A stretch of DNA of 64,000 bases, taken from the NCBI GenBank assembly GCA_019241285.1, contig JAFAXD010000634.1, forward strand, positions 1,323-65,322, read 5' to 3'. A program made the position numbers and the translations under genes. Positions 21,237-32,253 of this stretch are shown piece by piece. The stretch is from Xanthobacteraceae bacterium (GTDB taxonomy: Bacteria; Pseudomonadota; Alphaproteobacteria; Rhizobiales; Xanthobacteraceae). Each line of letters opens with the position of its first letter. Positions within the stretch are counted from its first letter, which is position 1. The notes under the pieces are model-generated. The model worked only from the letters and a program-made list of their open reading frames with translations. It was not told the origin of the DNA and ran no database searches.

Positions 21237-21962
21237 GTGACACCGCAGCCCCTGCGGCGCCATGGCACATATAGGAGGGCATGGTTGACCCGCAAGGCAG
21301 GTTTTCACGAAAATGCGAGTATTACCAAGCTGACGGATGATGCAGCAGCCCCACCGGCCAGCCAGCCGGCCCCGAAACTCCACCCGGGCTATCTGGACAG
21401 GATCGCGCAAGAGCAATTGGTCGCCGCGGTGCGCGACATCATCCGGCAAGCGCCGCTTTTTCCTCCACGAATGCCGCGCACGGGCTCGCCATTTTCGGTG
21501 CGGATGACGAATTGCGGCCGCTTGGGTTGGGTATCCGATATCGACGGCTATCGATATCAAGAAACTCACCCGCTCACTGGACAGCCCTGGCCGCCAATCC
21601 CGGAACTGTTGCTCAAGGCTTGGTCAGAGCTTGGGCGCTATCCGCACGAGCCCGAGGCCTGTTTGATCAACTATTACGGGCCGGCCGCGAAAATGGGCCT
21701 GCATCAAGACCGCGATGAGAACGATTTGCAGGCGCCCGTGGTGTCGTTGTCCTTGGGAGATACCTGCATCTTCCGTTATGCAGGAATTCAACGTCGCGGC
21801 CCAACACACACGCTCCGTCTCGCTTCAGGCGACGCGATGGTACTCGCGAACGAGACCCGGCTTGCCTTCCACGGGGTGGACCGAATTGTCGCGGGGACCT
21901 CCACGCTCCTAGCAGAAGGTGGTCGATTCAACCTGACCTTGCGAAGGGTAACCGAGCTTTAG
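21237..21962 (+). CDS. alkB: alpha-ketoglutarate-dependent dioxygenase AlkB
   Basis: Aligns by eye with E. coli AlkB (MTNCGRLGW, LHQDRDE, NLTLRRV). The 5' end is uncertain: GTG 21237 overlaps the dnaK promoter, and TTG 21285 is an alternative. Confidence 0.8.
   Translation: MTPQPLRRHGTYRRAWLTRKAGFHENASITKLTDDAAAPPASQPAPKLHPGYLDRIAQEQLVAAVRDIIRQAPLFPPRMPRTGSPFSVRMTNCGRLGWVSDIDGYRYQETHPLTGQPWPPIPELLLKAWSELGRYPHEPEACLINYYGPAAKMGLHQDRDENDLQAPVVSLSLGDTCIFRYAGIQRRGPTHTLRLASGDAMVLANETRLAFHGVDRIVAGTSTLLAEGGRFNLTLRRVTEL
21269..21296 (-). promoter_or_regulatory. sigma32 (RpoH)-type heat-shock promoter of dnaK
   Basis: The minus strand reads CTTG-cgggtcaaccatgccct-CCTATAT. This is an exact match to the alphaproteobacterial RpoH consensus CTTG-N17-CCTATAT, about 150 nt upstream of the dnaK ATG. 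Confidence 0.7.
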
Positions 21963-22039
21963 GGCCGCTCGATCCAATTTGGTCGCATTTAGCGAGGAAA
22001 CCAGCCGCACCGTTTCGCGAATTGCGCTAAGGAGGTGCG

Positions 22040-22978
22040 GTGAGCCGGATATTTGCCCAGGTGGTGGTGTTGACGGCGCTGTTGGCGGCTTCGGCACGCG
22101 CCGAGGTGATGTTTCCGACCGGGTCGAGAGTCGGCCTGTCGCCGCCCCAGGGCTTCACCCCAAGTGACGCTTTCCGCGGTTTTGAGGAAAAGCAGAGCGG
22201 CTCGGCGATTTTGACCGTCGAGTTGCCGGCCCAAGCTTACGGCGACATTGAGAAAGCGATGACACCCGCCGCGCTGCGCAAGCAGGGCGTGATCGTTGAA
22301 AAGCGTGAACCAATGCCCCTGAAGTCGGGCAAGGGCATGCTGTTCGTCGGCCACCAAGACAGCGATGGCAAGACGATGCGGAAGTGGATTCTGCTGGGAT
22401 CAACACCGCCAATCACCGCACTGGTAACAGTGCTTGTGCCGGCGACCGCTCAGGCCACCTATTCGGATGCCGCCATTCGCGGGGCTTTGTCGACCGTCGA
22501 GGTACGCGAAACGGTCCCGGTCGACGAGCAGATGACGTTGCTCCCGTTTCGCCTCGAAGAATTTGGGGGCCTGCGACCCCTGCGGGTCATCGGTCCCAAT
22601 ACCCTCGTCCTCACCAACGGTTCGAAGGACACGCTCGATGCAACGGAGCAGTCGTTGCTTGTCATTTCGGCAGCGCCGGGAGGGCCCGACGAGGCCCCGC
22701 AGCGGGATAATTTTGCCCGCAATTTGTTTTCGGGTTACCCGGGGCTCAAGGACATCCACATCCTGGGAACCGATCTCATCAGGCTTGCCGGCCAACAGAT
22801 CCATCAGTTGATGGCCGAAGCCAAGGACGGGAAAAGCGATAATGACGTCAAGATCGTCCAGTGGGTCCGGTTTGGCAGCGGCGCCTACGTGCGGTTTCTA
22901 GGCATCGCCCGTGCCGACGATTGGTCGGACGCATTCCCGCGATTCCGCACCGTTCGCGACAGCGTCGGGCCGCGGTGA
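22040..22978 (+). CDS. hypothetical secreted protein
   Basis: GTG start after AAGGAGG and a cleavable signal MSRIFAQVVVLTALLAASARA/EV. I recognise no motif. Confidence 0.6.
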   Translation: MSRIFAQVVVLTALLAASARAEVMFPTGSRVGLSPPQGFTPSDAFRGFEEKQSGSAILTVELPAQAYGDIEKAMTPAALRKQGVIVEKREPMPLKSGKGMLFVGHQDSDGKTMRKWILLGSTPPITALVTVLVPATAQATYSDAAIRGALSTVEVRETVPVDEQMTLLPFRLEEFGGLRPLRVIGPNTLVLTNGSKDTLDATEQSLLVISAAPGGPDEAPQRDNFARNLFSGYPGLKDIHILGTDLIRLAGQQIHQLMAEAKDGKSDNDVKIVQWVRFGSGAYVRFLGIARADDWSDAFPRFRTVRDSVGPR

Positions 22979-22991
22979 CGCGACCCCCACC

Positions 22992-23564
22992 TCAGTTATC
23001 GTTCTGAGCTCGGCTGGATTCCACCTTGGGTCCGCCCTTTGCGACGGCAACTAATGCAGGGCGAAGAATTCGGTCCCCGATCGTAAAGCCCGCTTGCAAG
23101 ACCTGGACGACCGTTCCGGGCGCAATGTTCTCGTCCGGGACCTCATACATGGCTTGGTGCAAATTCGGGTCGAATTTCTGTCCATTCGGCTCGATCCGGC
23201 GGATCCCGTGCTTTTCGAGGGCCTTCAGCAGATCGCGTTCCGTCAGCTCGACGCCCTCAAACAGCGCTTTGCCAGCTTCATCGGCCTGCTTCTTCCAATC
23301 TTCCCCCGTCGCTTCCAAAGCACGCTGGATATTGTCGGCTACGCCCAACACATCCCGTGCAAATGACGATATGCCGTAAGCGCGCGCGTCAGCGACTTCC
23401 CGCTCTGTACGTTTGCGCAGGTTCTCCATATCGGCCAGCGTGCGCAGAAGCCTGTCCTTGAGCTCGGCATTTTCTTTCCGAAGCGGGGCTTCAGCGTCAG
23501 GGGCAACATCTTCAGGCCTGGGTTCGGACGCGGCTTCGGCCGCCGGCGACGTCGTGTCCGTCAT
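22992..23564 (-). CDS. grpE: nucleotide exchange factor GrpE
   Basis: Coiled-coil N-terminus ([18 protein letters not shown]) and a C-terminal beta domain. Confidence 0.95.
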   Translation of the reverse strand: MTDTTSPAAEAASEPRPEDVAPDAEAPLRKENAELKDRLLRTLADMENLRKRTEREVADARAYGISSFARDVLGVADNIQRALEATGEDWKKQADEAGKALFEGVELTERDLLKALEKHGIRRIEPNGQKFDPNLHQAMYEVPDENIAPGTVVQVLQAGFTIGDRILRPALVAVAKGGPKVESSRAQNDN

Positions 23565-23600
23565 GCGGGATCCTAATCTCGGATTGAATGGTCGCCCGCC

Positions 23601-23629
23601 ATATCGATACGAGGCGGAAAAAAATCAAG
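23601..23629 (-). promoter_or_regulatory. candidate sigma32-type promoter for grpE
   Basis: The minus strand reads CTTG-N18-TCGATAT, with a 5/7 match in the -10. It would give a ~30-nt leader containing AGGA. Confidence 0.3.
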
Positions 23630-23711
23630 CGGGGATCGGGACAAGCGATGAAGGTTCCCGAGCCAGGTGGAAATTAGCCAGTAAAACCAACGTACTACCA
23701 GCTCCGACAAA

Positions 23712-24788
23712 TTAGCCGGCAAGCAGCTTGCTGACCACCTTGGCGGTGTAGTCCACCGTGGGAATGATGCGGGCGTAGTTCAGACGTGTCGGCCCGATCA
23801 CCCCAAGGACGCCCACCACGCGGTTCGTTGCGTCTTGAAATGGCGCGATGATCGTCGATGATCCGGACAGCGAGAACAACTTGTTTTCCGATCCGATGTA
23901 AATGCGCACGCCGTCGGCGCGTTCCGCTTGTCCGAGCAGATCGATCACCTCACGTTTCGCCTCGAGGTCGTCGAACAGGTGTCGAACGCGCTCGAGATCC
24001 TCGAGCGCATTGAGGTCGTCGAGCAGATTGGCGTGGCCGCGAACGATGAGCTTGCGTTCATCGCCAGCGCCGCCGGACCAGCTTGCCAGACCATCGGCGA
24101 TCAGTTTTTGCGTCAGTTCATTGAGTTCAGCGCGAGCGGCGTCGAGGGCTCGTTCGAGATCGGTTTTAGCTTCGGCGAGCGTTTTGCCGCGCAGATTTCC
24201 GTTCAGAAAGTTGGTGGCTTCGATCAAGGCTGAGGTGGGCAGGCCCCGAGGCAAAGGGAGAATTCGATTTTCGACTTGGCCATCCTCGGCAACCAGGACG
24301 ACCAACGCCCGCTCCGGCTCGAGCCGCACGAATTCAATATGCTTAAGGCGCGGATCGGATTTGCTGCTGAGCACAATGCCAGCCGAATGGGTGAGACCGG
24401 ACAAAAGCCCGGATGCCTCGGCCAGCACGCCGTCCACGGATTTACCGGCGGCTGCCACTTGCCCCTCGATGGCATGTCGATCGCTTTCGGTGAGGTCGCC
24501 AATCTGCATGAGCGCGTCGACAAAAAACCGCAGCCCGGTTTCGGTCGGTAGCCGTCCAGCGGACGTGTGCGGCGCGTAGATCAGACCGAGCTGCTCGAGA
24601 TCCTGCATCACATTGCGCACCGACGCGGGCGACAGCGTCATCGGGATGATGCGGGCGAGATTACGAGAGCCTACAGGCTCCCCGGTCGCCAAATAACTCT
24701 CGACAATGCGGCGAAAGATTTCACGCGAGCGCTCGTTGAGCTGCGCGAGACTGACTTGAGTTGCGCCAATTGGTACGTTTTGGGCCAC
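23712..24788 (-). CDS. hrcA: heat-inducible transcriptional repressor HrcA
   Basis: N-terminal wHTH ([30 protein letters not shown]); 358 aa. Confidence 0.95.
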   Translation of the reverse strand: MAQNVPIGATQVSLAQLNERSREIFRRIVESYLATGEPVGSRNLARIIPMTLSPASVRNVMQDLEQLGLIYAPHTSAGRLPTETGLRFFVDALMQIGDLTESDRHAIEGQVAAAGKSVDGVLAEASGLLSGLTHSAGIVLSSKSDPRLKHIEFVRLEPERALVVLVAEDGQVENRILPLPRGLPTSALIEATNFLNGNLRGKTLAEAKTDLERALDAARAELNELTQKLIADGLASWSGGAGDERKLIVRGHANLLDDLNALEDLERVRHLFDDLEAKREVIDLLGQAERADGVRIYIGSENKLFSLSGSSTIIAPFQDATNRVVGVLGVIGPTRLNYARIIPTVDYTAKVVSKLLAG

Positions 24789-25001
24789 GGCAGCGCTGGC
24801 GAGTTATCCCTTGTCGACTTGCTTCAAAGCTCGTGCAGTCAGTGGGGTCGAATATCACGAATTTTGACAGCCGGTCACGGGGCAACATTTGTCCGTTCTG
24901 CGCGCGATCGCAAGTGCGCGAACGACCCAAGTCGGGAATGCATTTTTCTCGGAATGTTCTAAAACGTCGGCTCGACCGAGAAAGCACTTACGGAGTCCTG
25001 C

Positions 25002-25715
25002 ATGCGGCCCAGCAAACGGCAACCTGATGAGCTCAGAGCGGTAACGCTCGAACGGGGGGTGGTGAAATATGCCGAAGGCTCATGCTTTGTGAAATTCGGC
25101 GACACGCACGTGCTGGTGACTGCCACACTAGAGGATCGGCTGCCCCCTTGGCTGAAGGGCCAAGGCAGAGGTTGGGTTACCGCCGAGTACGGCATGCTTC
25201 CGCGCGCCACGGCTGAGCGCACCCGGCGTGAGGCCAGCGCGGGCAAGCAGGGTGGCCGCACGGTTGAAATCCAGCGGCTGATCGGGCGAAGCCTGCGATC
25301 AATCGTGGATCTTGAAGCACTGGGGGAACGGCAGATCACCATCGACTGCGACGTGATCCAGGCTGACGGCGGAACGCGAACCGCGTCCATCACAGCGGGC
25401 TGGGTTGCCCTTTACGACTGCGTGGCCTGGATGCGAAAGCGCGAAATGATCCCCGGCAATCCGTTGCGCGACCACGTTGCCGCCATATCTTGCGGAGTCT
25501 GCAAGGGCGTTGCCGTTCTGGACCTGGATTACGCTGAGGATTCCGACGCCGATACCGACGCGAACTTCGTAATGACCGGAGACGGCCGAATCGTCGAAGT
25601 GCAAGGAACCGCCGAGAAAGAGCCATTCAGCGAAGAACAGTTGCTCACGCTCCTGGCACTCGCGCGCAAAGGCGTGACGAAGCTTGTCGATCTGCAAAAA
25701 ATGGCGGTGATGTGA
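25002..25715 (+). CDS. rph: ribonuclease PH
   Basis: [12 protein letters not shown]..., [14 protein letters not shown] and [14 protein letters not shown]. Confidence 0.97.
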   Translation: MRPSKRQPDELRAVTLERGVVKYAEGSCFVKFGDTHVLVTATLEDRLPPWLKGQGRGWVTAEYGMLPRATAERTRREASAGKQGGRTVEIQRLIGRSLRSIVDLEALGERQITIDCDVIQADGGTRTASITAGWVALYDCVAWMRKREMIPGNPLRDHVAAISCGVCKGVAVLDLDYAEDSDADTDANFVMTGDGRIVEVQGTAEKEPFSEEQLLTLLALARKGVTKLVDLQKMAVM

Positions 25716-26362
25716 GTAGTCCTGTTGCCGGATCGGTGCATCGCAAGATCCACGGTCGGTTGGTTATTGCAACCCATAACGCCGGCAAGCTGCGCGAAAT
25801 GCGCGAGCTGCTCGCCCCGTTCGGCATCGAAGCAAATTCTGCAGCAGAGCTTGGGTTGGATGAGCCGGAGGAGACAGGAACCACGTTCGCCGCAAACGCC
25901 CGCCTCAAAGCACAAGCCGCCACAACCAGGACAGGACTTCCAGCCTTTGCTGACGATTCAGGCTTGTCGGTAGAAGCACTCGGTGGCGAGCCGGGCATCT
26001 ACTCAGCGCGGTGGGCCGGTCCCGATCGGAATTTCACAAGAGCCATGGAACTCGTCGAGGCGAAAATGCGAGCTCTCGATGCGGTCGTGCCCGCTCGACG
26101 CACGGCGCATTTCGTATCGGCGCTCTGCGTCGCTTGGCCAGATGGACATGTGGAGGAGTTTGCGGCCGCTGTAGCTGGGCAGCTCGTATGGCCGCCCCGC
26201 GGGGACCAGGGTTTTGGATACGATCCGATGTTCTTGCCTGATGGCCTGGACAAGACCTTCGGCGAGATGACAAGTGAAGCAAAGCACGGTCTCCCTCCGC
26301 GGGGACGCGGGTTGTCGCACCGCGCCCGTGCGTTCATCAAGCTGGCGGAGGCTTGCCTTTGA
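25712..26362 (+). CDS. rdgB: dITP/XTP pyrophosphatase (RdgB/HAM1 family)
   Basis: [14 protein letters not shown] and FGYDPMF motifs. GTG overlaps the rph stop. The true start may lie a few codons downstream. Confidence 0.9.
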   Translation: MSSPVAGSVHRKIHGRLVIATHNAGKLREMRELLAPFGIEANSAAELGLDEPEETGTTFAANARLKAQAATTRTGLPAFADDSGLSVEALGGEPGIYSARWAGPDRNFTRAMELVEAKMRALDAVVPARRTAHFVSALCVAWPDGHVEEFAAAVAGQLVWPPRGDQGFGYDPMFLPDGLDKTFGEMTSEAKHGLPPRGRGLSHRARAFIKLAEACL

Positions 26363-27507
26363 ACGATCGCTCCTTCGGTGTGTACGTTCATTGGCCGTTT
26401 TGTCTTTCCAAGTGTCCGTATTGCGATTTCAACAGTCACGTGCGTCATTCGTCCATAGACGAGCACCGTTTTGCGGCTGCGTTTGGACGCGAAATTGCCT
26501 CGACGGCAGCGCGAATCGGTGCCCGCACTGTAAGTACGATCTTTCTGGGAGGCGGCACGCCTTCTTTGATGCAACCTTCAACGGTAGGAGCGGTCCTCGA
26601 CGCCGTGGCGCGTCACTGGAGCGTTGCACCGGATGCGGAAATCACGCTGGAAGCAAATCCGACCAGCGTCGAGGCCACCCGGTTTGCGGGGTTTCGGGCA
26701 GCCGGCGTGAATAGAGTTTCGCTCGGGATTCAGTCACTCGACGACGAGGCCCTGCGTGCGCTTGGGCGGCGCCACACTGCGCAGGAGGCGCTGGCGGCGC
26801 TTCGCATCGCGCAGTCAACCTTCGGACGCTGTTCGTTCGATTTGATCTATGCGCGGCCGGACCACACGCCACTAGCCTGGGAAAAGGAGCTGCGTCGAGC
26901 AGTTGCTGAAGCCACCGAACATCTATCGATCTATCAGTTGACCATCGAACCGGACACGCCTTTCGCCACGCTGCATGAGGCCGGCAAACTCGCCACGCCT
27001 GACCCCGACACTGGTCGCGCTTTTTTCGACGTCACGCAAAATGTGTGCACCGCTGCCGGTCTTCCCGCATACGAGGTCTCCAACCACGCGCGACCCGGCG
27101 CCGAATGCCGTCACAACCTCCTCTATTGGCGCTATGGAGAGTATGCGGGCATTGGCCCCGGTGCGCACGGCCGTATCGAACACGATGGCGAGCGATGGGC
27201 AACATCGACGGAGCGGAATCCCGAAGGCTGGTTAAAGCGCGTCGAGTCGCTTGGGACCGGAATTATTGCTCACGATCCGCTGACGGGTGTCGAGATGGGC
27301 GATGAATTCTTGCTGATGGGGCTGCGGCTTACAGAAGGAATCGACCCGACCCAATATCAAACATTCACAGGAACGCCACTCAGGCCGGACCGCATTGCAA
27401 GCTTGGTCGAAGACGGGTTGGTGGCGTTCGGTGGCTCGCGACGTCTGCGCGTCACGCCCACAGGATTCCCGGTACTGGACGCAATCGTGGCGCGACTCGC
27501 CGCCTGA
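26353..27507 (+). CDS. hemW: radical SAM heme chaperone HemW (HemN-like, oxygen-independent coproporphyrinogen oxidase family)
   Basis: [10 protein letters not shown] radical-SAM motif. TTG start overlaps the rdgB end by 10 nt. Confidence 0.9.
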   Translation: MPLNDRSFGVYVHWPFCLSKCPYCDFNSHVRHSSIDEHRFAAAFGREIASTAARIGARTVSTIFLGGGTPSLMQPSTVGAVLDAVARHWSVAPDAEITLEANPTSVEATRFAGFRAAGVNRVSLGIQSLDDEALRALGRRHTAQEALAALRIAQSTFGRCSFDLIYARPDHTPLAWEKELRRAVAEATEHLSIYQLTIEPDTPFATLHEAGKLATPDPDTGRAFFDVTQNVCTAAGLPAYEVSNHARPGAECRHNLLYWRYGEYAGIGPGAHGRIEHDGERWATSTERNPEGWLKRVESLGTGIIAHDPLTGVEMGDEFLLMGLRLTEGIDPTQYQTFTGTPLRPDRIASLVEDGLVAFGGSRRLRVTPTGFPVLDAIVARLAA

Positions 27508-27511
27508 TGGG

Positions 27512-28714
27512 TTAGGTTCCGGACGTAAATGTTCGAGGCGCCGGAGATATGACCTGACCGCCGGATTTGGTCACGCGCAAAACAGCAAGCCCGCGTTGGT
27601 TGGTCCCGTCGGGCCGAAACCGAAAAACCCCATCGATGCCGGAGTAACCGGACGTGTTGGTCAGCACTTCAGGTGAAAATCGCTTGGGTCCCTGCGTTTT
27701 GGTAAGGGCCGCGATGAGCGTAACCGCGTCGTATGATAAGGCGGCGGTTGGCTCAGGATCGGTTCCGAACCGCGCTCGATAGCGCGTGGCAAACGCCTTA
27801 AAGCCGTTTGGGGTGCTTGGGTCGGGTGCCACGTACCATCCCCCCTGCAGGCCAGGCTCCGCAAATACGCGCGCACTATCCCATAGGCCCGTGCCAAGCA
27901 ATTGCAGGCGCGCCAAGTTGACGCCGTTGCCGGCCAGAGCTTGTACAACCGCCGGCACACTCTCGGGATCGCCGGGGATGAAGAGCGCGTCGGCGCTTGC
28001 GGCTGCCTGAGCGACTGCACGGGAGGCATCCTGAGCTCGACTGGCTGAATAGCGTTCTAACGCAACGATGCGACCGCCCTTCTCGGCGACGACTTGGCGG
28101 AACTCAGCTTCAACAACGCTGCCGTAGGCATTCTCCGGGATCAGCGCCACGAAAGAACGCTTCCCCTGCGAGATGGCGTAATCAACGATCCGATCGACGT
28201 CGGATTCGGGCAGCAGGCTGAGGAGATAGACGCCGTGCCCCGCAACGCTCGAGTCGGTGGAAAAAGCGATTACCGGTATGTTGCGCGCGCGAGCCACTTG
28301 CCCGACCGCCTGCACGGACGGTGCAAACAGAGGACCGAGAATGATTTCCGCACCATCGTCGAGCGCCTTCTGGCTGACCTGCTGAGCGGTCGACGCATTA
28401 CCAGCGTCGTCGCGCGGAAGCACTTGGATATCTGCGCCGAATTGCCCCATCGCGAGTTCTGCCGCATTCCGCATGGATTGCCCGACCGCCCCAGCGTTGC
28501 CAGCTGCGTTCAGCGGGAGAACCAGGGCCGCTTTGACCGGACCGGTGCCAAGCGCATCACCAGCTGAAGGGGGCGGGGCGGCCTCAGGTAAAGGGCCAGC
28601 GCCGATCTGATCCCCCGCCGGCCCGCCGCTTCCGGTGCAAGCGGAAACGAGGCTGGCGAGAACGAAGACCAGCCAGACTTTCGTTAGCACCTGGGCAGGC
28701 GGTCGTCGGAGCAT
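27512..28714 (-). CDS. periplasmic-binding-protein-fold lipoprotein (LpoA-like penicillin-binding protein activator / Leu-Ile-Val-binding family)
   Basis: Lipobox LVSAC and a type-1 PBP fold pattern. It is divergent from rsmI, like E. coli lpoA. The functional call is tentative. Confidence 0.65.
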   Translation of the reverse strand: MLRRPPAQVLTKVWLVFVLASLVSACTGSGGPAGDQIGAGPLPEAAPPPSAGDALGTGPVKAALVLPLNAAGNAGAVGQSMRNAAELAMGQFGADIQVLPRDDAGNASTAQQVSQKALDDGAEIILGPLFAPSVQAVGQVARARNIPVIAFSTDSSVAGHGVYLLSLLPESDVDRIVDYAISQGKRSFVALIPENAYGSVVEAEFRQVVAEKGGRIVALERYSASRAQDASRAVAQAAASADALFIPGDPESVPAVVQALAGNGVNLARLQLLGTGLWDSARVFAEPGLQGGWYVAPDPSTPNGFKAFATRYRARFGTDPEPTAALSYDAVTLIAALTKTQGPKRFSPEVLTNTSGYSGIDGVFRFRPDGTNQRGLAVLRVTKSGGQVISPAPRTFTSGT

Positions 28715-28855
28715 CGTTTCTCGGCGCCCTCTATCTTAGAATGGCACGGGCCAGAGTTCTCGGCAGAGCAGCAATCTGCCGATAGATTATCCATCCCCGA
28801 TCGCATTTGGATAGCATAAGAACGGCGGCCACTCGAAGGCTGCCAAGCCATAGCA

Positions 28856-29773
28856 ATGTCGCCTGATAACCGCTCCAACGACCCCGCAAGCAACCGGCCG
28901 CGAACCTATGCGTTAGCGGGCCAGATCCTCCATGCGGATTCACTTGCGCCCGGTTTGTACGTTGTGGCCACTCCGATCGGCAACTTGGGCGACATTACGT
29001 TGCGGGCGCTGGAAACACTGGCTGCCGCCGAACTTGTGGCCTGTGAGGACACGCGGGTCACGCAGAAGTTGCTTGAGCGCTACCAGATCCGCACCGCCAT
29101 GATCCCTTACCACGACCACAACGCAGCTGCCGCCCGCCCGGCGATCCTGCGGCGCCTATCAGCGGGCATCCCCGTTGCCCTGGTCGCTGATGCCGGTACC
29201 CCGCTCATCTCCGATCCCGGCTTCAAACTCGTGCGCGCCGCCCAGGCCGCCGGACATCGAGTCTTCGCGATTCCCGGGGCATCATCCGTATTGGCCGCAC
29301 TCTGTGTCGCGGGCCTTCCTACTGACCGGTTCTATTTCGCGGGGTTCCTCCCTGCGAAACCTTCCGCGCGCGCGGCGCGCATCGCCGAGTTCGCCAATCT
29401 GCAGGCGACGATTGTGTTGTTCGAGGCGGGATCGCGCATCGCGGAGACGCTGGGCGACCTTGCCGAGCGCCTTGAGGCGCGCGAGGCAGTGATTTGTCGT
29501 GAGCTCACCAAGTTGCATGAAGAGGTCAGGCCGGGCCTGCTTGCGGAACAAGCCGCCCACTACGCAGGCAACGCTGAACGCCGGGGCGAATTTGTAATCG
29601 TCATCGCGCCATCAAGAGACGCTCCCGTGGAGGCTGTCGATATCGATGCCATGTTACGCAGCGCTCTCACCAACAGCTCGACAAAGGAAGCCGTCGACGC
29701 CGTGGTCGGGGCAACCGGAGAATCACGGCGCTACGTCTATCGCCGTGCGATCGCGCTGAAGAATGCCGAGTGA
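28856..29773 (+). CDS. rsmI: 16S rRNA (cytidine1402-2'-O)-methyltransferase
   Basis: [22 protein letters not shown] tetrapyrrole-methylase-like fold motif. Confidence 0.93.
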   Translation: MSPDNRSNDPASNRPRTYALAGQILHADSLAPGLYVVATPIGNLGDITLRALETLAAAELVACEDTRVTQKLLERYQIRTAMIPYHDHNAAAARPAILRRLSAGIPVALVADAGTPLISDPGFKLVRAAQAAGHRVFAIPGASSVLAALCVAGLPTDRFYFAGFLPAKPSARAARIAEFANLQATIVLFEAGSRIAETLGDLAERLEAREAVICRELTKLHEEVRPGLLAEQAAHYAGNAERRGEFVIVIAPSRDAPVEAVDIDAMLRSALTNSSTKEAVDAVVGATGESRRYVYRRAIALKNAE

Positions 29774-30161
29774 TCGGCGCAAAGCGGTAGGTGGTCCCGA
29801 TCCGGCGCGGGCTGCAGCATTCCGACAAGGTTTATCCGCCGAAAATCGGGCCGCGCTGCTGCTCATCGCAAAGGGGTTCCGGATCGCAGCCCGCCGGTTC
29901 AAAACCCCAGTCGGCGAGCTCGATATCGTCGCGCGCCGACGACAAACCCTGTTATTCGTCGAGGTCAAAGCCCGCGCGCGATCGGACGATGCAGCCGAGG
30001 CTGTCACGCTGAGGCAGCAGAAGCGCATCGTCGCCGCGGCACAATATTGGCTCGCATCTCATCCAGGCGATTACACAAAGTATATCCGCTTTGACGTCAT
30101 CCTGGTCACCGGCTGGGGTTTCCCGCGCCACATAGCCGGCGCGTTCGACGCAGAATGTTGA
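29763..30161 (+). CDS. YraN family endonuclease-like protein (UPF0102)
   Basis: GELDIVA...LLFVEVKAR motif. It follows rsmI with an 11-nt overlap. Confidence 0.85.
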   Translation: MPSDRRKAVGGPDPARAAAFRQGLSAENRAALLLIAKGFRIAARRFKTPVGELDIVARRRQTLLFVEVKARARSDDAAEAVTLRQQKRIVAAAQYWLASHPGDYTKYIRFDVILVTGWGFPRHIAGAFDAEC

Positions 30162-30198
30162 GCCTGCTAAAAGGTGCGCCTTCCAGGTTGGTAATATC

Positions 30199-31173
30199 AT
30201 GAGCTTACACGTCGCAGTCCAAATGGATCCGATCGAGCGGATCAATATCCGTGGCGATTCCACGTTTGCCTTGCTGCTTGAGGCGCAGCTGCGAGGACAC
30301 ACGGTCTTCTACTACACGCCGGATCGCATCGCCCTGCGTGACGGCCAAGTGTTCGCTAGCGTGCAGCCGCTCACGGTGCGCGACATGCTCGGAGATCATT
30401 TTTCGCTCGGTGAGAGCAAACGCGTCCCCCTCTCGGATTTCGACGTGGTTTTGATGCGACAAGATCCGCCGTTCGATCTTGCCTACATCACGGCGACGCA
30501 CTTACTGGAGCGAATTCACCCTCGCACACTGGTGGTGAACGATCCCGCGCATGTGCGCAACGCGCCGGAAAAAGTATTCGTCACCGAGTTTCCTGATCTC
30601 ATGCCACCGACGCTGCTGACCCGCGATCTGACGGAAATCAAAGCCTTCCGCGCCGAGCATGGCGATATCGTCATGAAGCCGCTCTACGGCAAAGGAGGCG
30701 AAGCGGTCTTCCGGATCGCGCCGGAAGACCTCAACTTCGGCTCGCTCTATGACCTGTTTTCCGCGACGTTTCGTGAGCCGTGGGTGGTACAGAAGTTCCT
30801 GCCGGCCGTGAAGCACGGCGACAAACGCATCATTCTGGTTGATGGAGAGTTCGGCGGCGCCGTCAACCGCGTCCCGGCTGTCGATGATCTTCGTTCCAAC
30901 ATGGTGCGCGGCGGCACGCCGAAAGAAACCGAGCTGACACCTCGTGAACGCGAGATTTGCCATCGCCTCGGCCCAGCGCTACGCGATCGCGGCTTATTAT
31001 TTGCCGGCATCGATGTGATCGACGGTTTCCTGACGGAGATCAACGTCACTTCGCCGACCGGCATACGTGCCATCAAGAACCTCGGCGGTCCAGATTTGGC
31101 AGCACTGATCTGGAACAAGCTGGAAGCCAGACGCAGGACCCAAAGAGAGCGACAGGTGACAAGCCTGCCATGA
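30199..31173 (+). CDS. gshB: glutathione synthase
   Basis: Prokaryotic GshB N-domain ([23 protein letters not shown]) plus an ATP-grasp domain. Confidence 0.95.
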   Translation: MSLHVAVQMDPIERINIRGDSTFALLLEAQLRGHTVFYYTPDRIALRDGQVFASVQPLTVRDMLGDHFSLGESKRVPLSDFDVVLMRQDPPFDLAYITATHLLERIHPRTLVVNDPAHVRNAPEKVFVTEFPDLMPPTLLTRDLTEIKAFRAEHGDIVMKPLYGKGGEAVFRIAPEDLNFGSLYDLFSATFREPWVVQKFLPAVKHGDKRIILVDGEFGGAVNRVPAVDDLRSNMVRGGTPKETELTPREREICHRLGPALRDRGLLFAGIDVIDGFLTEINVTSPTGIRAIKNLGGPDLAALIWNKLEARRRTQRERQVTSLP

Positions 31174-32189
31174 TTGCGGATGATCACATCGACCCATTGA
31201 CCCGACTGGCGATCCGGCACGGCACTGACAAATGGGGCCCGCATTTCTACACCCCGATCTATCATGAGCTGCTCGCGCCGCTCCGCGACCGGCCGGTCAA
31301 GCTTTTGGAAATTGGAGTGGGTGGTTACGGCTTCCGCAAAATCGGCGGCGCCTCGCTGGCGATGTGGGCCGACTATTTCCAATGGGGTACCATTATCGGA
31401 CTTGATGTCGCGGAAAAACAGCTCAATCTGGGGCCGCGCGTGACGATCCTGCAAGGGTCTCAGGCAGATCCTGGATTTCTGAGCAAACTTGCAGTCGAGC
31501 AAGGTCCTTTCGATATTGTAATTGATGACGGTAGCCATGTTGCCGAACACGTGGCGCTCAGCTTCAACAAATTGTTCCCCGCAGTCGTCGATGACGGATA
31601 TTATATCATTGAGGATGTCCAGACCGCTTTTTGGCCAGCCTATGGCGGCTCTCCTAACGGCGGCGGCGAGACCCTGAGGCTGGCGCAGGCCATTCTGGAG
31701 GGGCTCAACCACGTAGAAGTTCGCGCTGCAGCGGCCAATTGGTCCCCGCTACCTGGGACCGACAGGATCAAATCGTTTCGCGCCTATCATAACGTGTTTG
31801 TAGTTGAGAAGGGCGACAACTCCGAGCCCTCGACCCAAAATCTCGACAGCGGAAATTCTCACGTGGTCGGCGCGCTTGCGCTGATTGAACGGGAAATGGC
31901 GCGAGCACCAACCGCGGCTGGGTTGGCCCATTTGGGATTGATGTACTCGTTGATGGGACAAAACCAGCGGGCGTTTCAGATTGTTCAGCAGGGTCTCGCG
32001 GCTTGGCCGCAGGACTTGTGGTTGCTCAGCCTGGGCAGTCGCGTTGCCGGTTACCTCGGCGATGCGACTACCCAGATCAAGCTGCTCGAGCGGGCGGTCG
32101 CGGTTGATCCGGCCGACCCGGTTTTGTCCAATATGCTTCGCCAGACGCGGGAAGCATCCAGCCCGATTGTGGAGCCGATTTCCGGCTGA
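31170..32189 (+). CDS. class I SAM-dependent methyltransferase-like protein with C-terminal TPR-like repeats
   Basis: [19 protein letters not shown]...LLEIGVGGY...VIDDGSH pattern. The C-terminal ~100 aa have TPR-like periodicity. The ATG overlaps the gshB stop (ATGA). Confidence 0.65.
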   Translation: MIADDHIDPLTRLAIRHGTDKWGPHFYTPIYHELLAPLRDRPVKLLEIGVGGYGFRKIGGASLAMWADYFQWGTIIGLDVAEKQLNLGPRVTILQGSQADPGFLSKLAVEQGPFDIVIDDGSHVAEHVALSFNKLFPAVVDDGYYIIEDVQTAFWPAYGGSPNGGGETLRLAQAILEGLNHVEVRAAAANWSPLPGTDRIKSFRAYHNVFVVEKGDNSEPSTQNLDSGNSHVVGALALIEREMARAPTAAGLAHLGLMYSLMGQNQRAFQIVQQGLAAWPQDLWLLSLGSRVAGYLGDATTQIKLLERAVAVDPADPVLSNMLRQTREASSPIVEPISG

Positions 32190-32238
32190 TCCGCATCCGA
32201 CAAGTTTATCAGCTCAATTCGCCCAAACACACGACACC

Positions 32239-32253
32239 GTTCTCTTAATGTTC
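32239..32253 (+). promoter_or_regulatory. alphaproteobacterial LexA (SOS) box upstream of comM
   Basis: GTTC-tcttaat-GTTC is a perfect GTTC-N7-GTTC, 51 nt upstream of the comM ATG. An inverted GAAC follows at 32262-32265. Confidence 0.45.

Noticed and set aside
24789-25001. Search for a CIRCE operator (TTAGCACTC-N9-GAGTGCTAA) and an RpoH promoter upstream of hrcA, in the divergent rph spacer
   Set aside because: Nothing resembling CIRCE is present, and the CAAG/-10 combinations give poor matches. CIRCE is expected at groESL, which is not in this window.
30957-31169. Upstream extension of the methyltransferase ORF overlapping gshB by 214 nt
   Set aside because: The extension translates as an Arg/His/Pro-rich off-frame reading of gshB. 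The ATGA-coupled ATG at 31170 gives a sensible N-terminus.
30747-31712. 321-aa minus-strand ORF across the gshB / methyltransferase junction
   Set aside because: It is antisense to two genes that have clear family motifs, and it has no recognisable domain of its own. I treat it as a shadow ORF.
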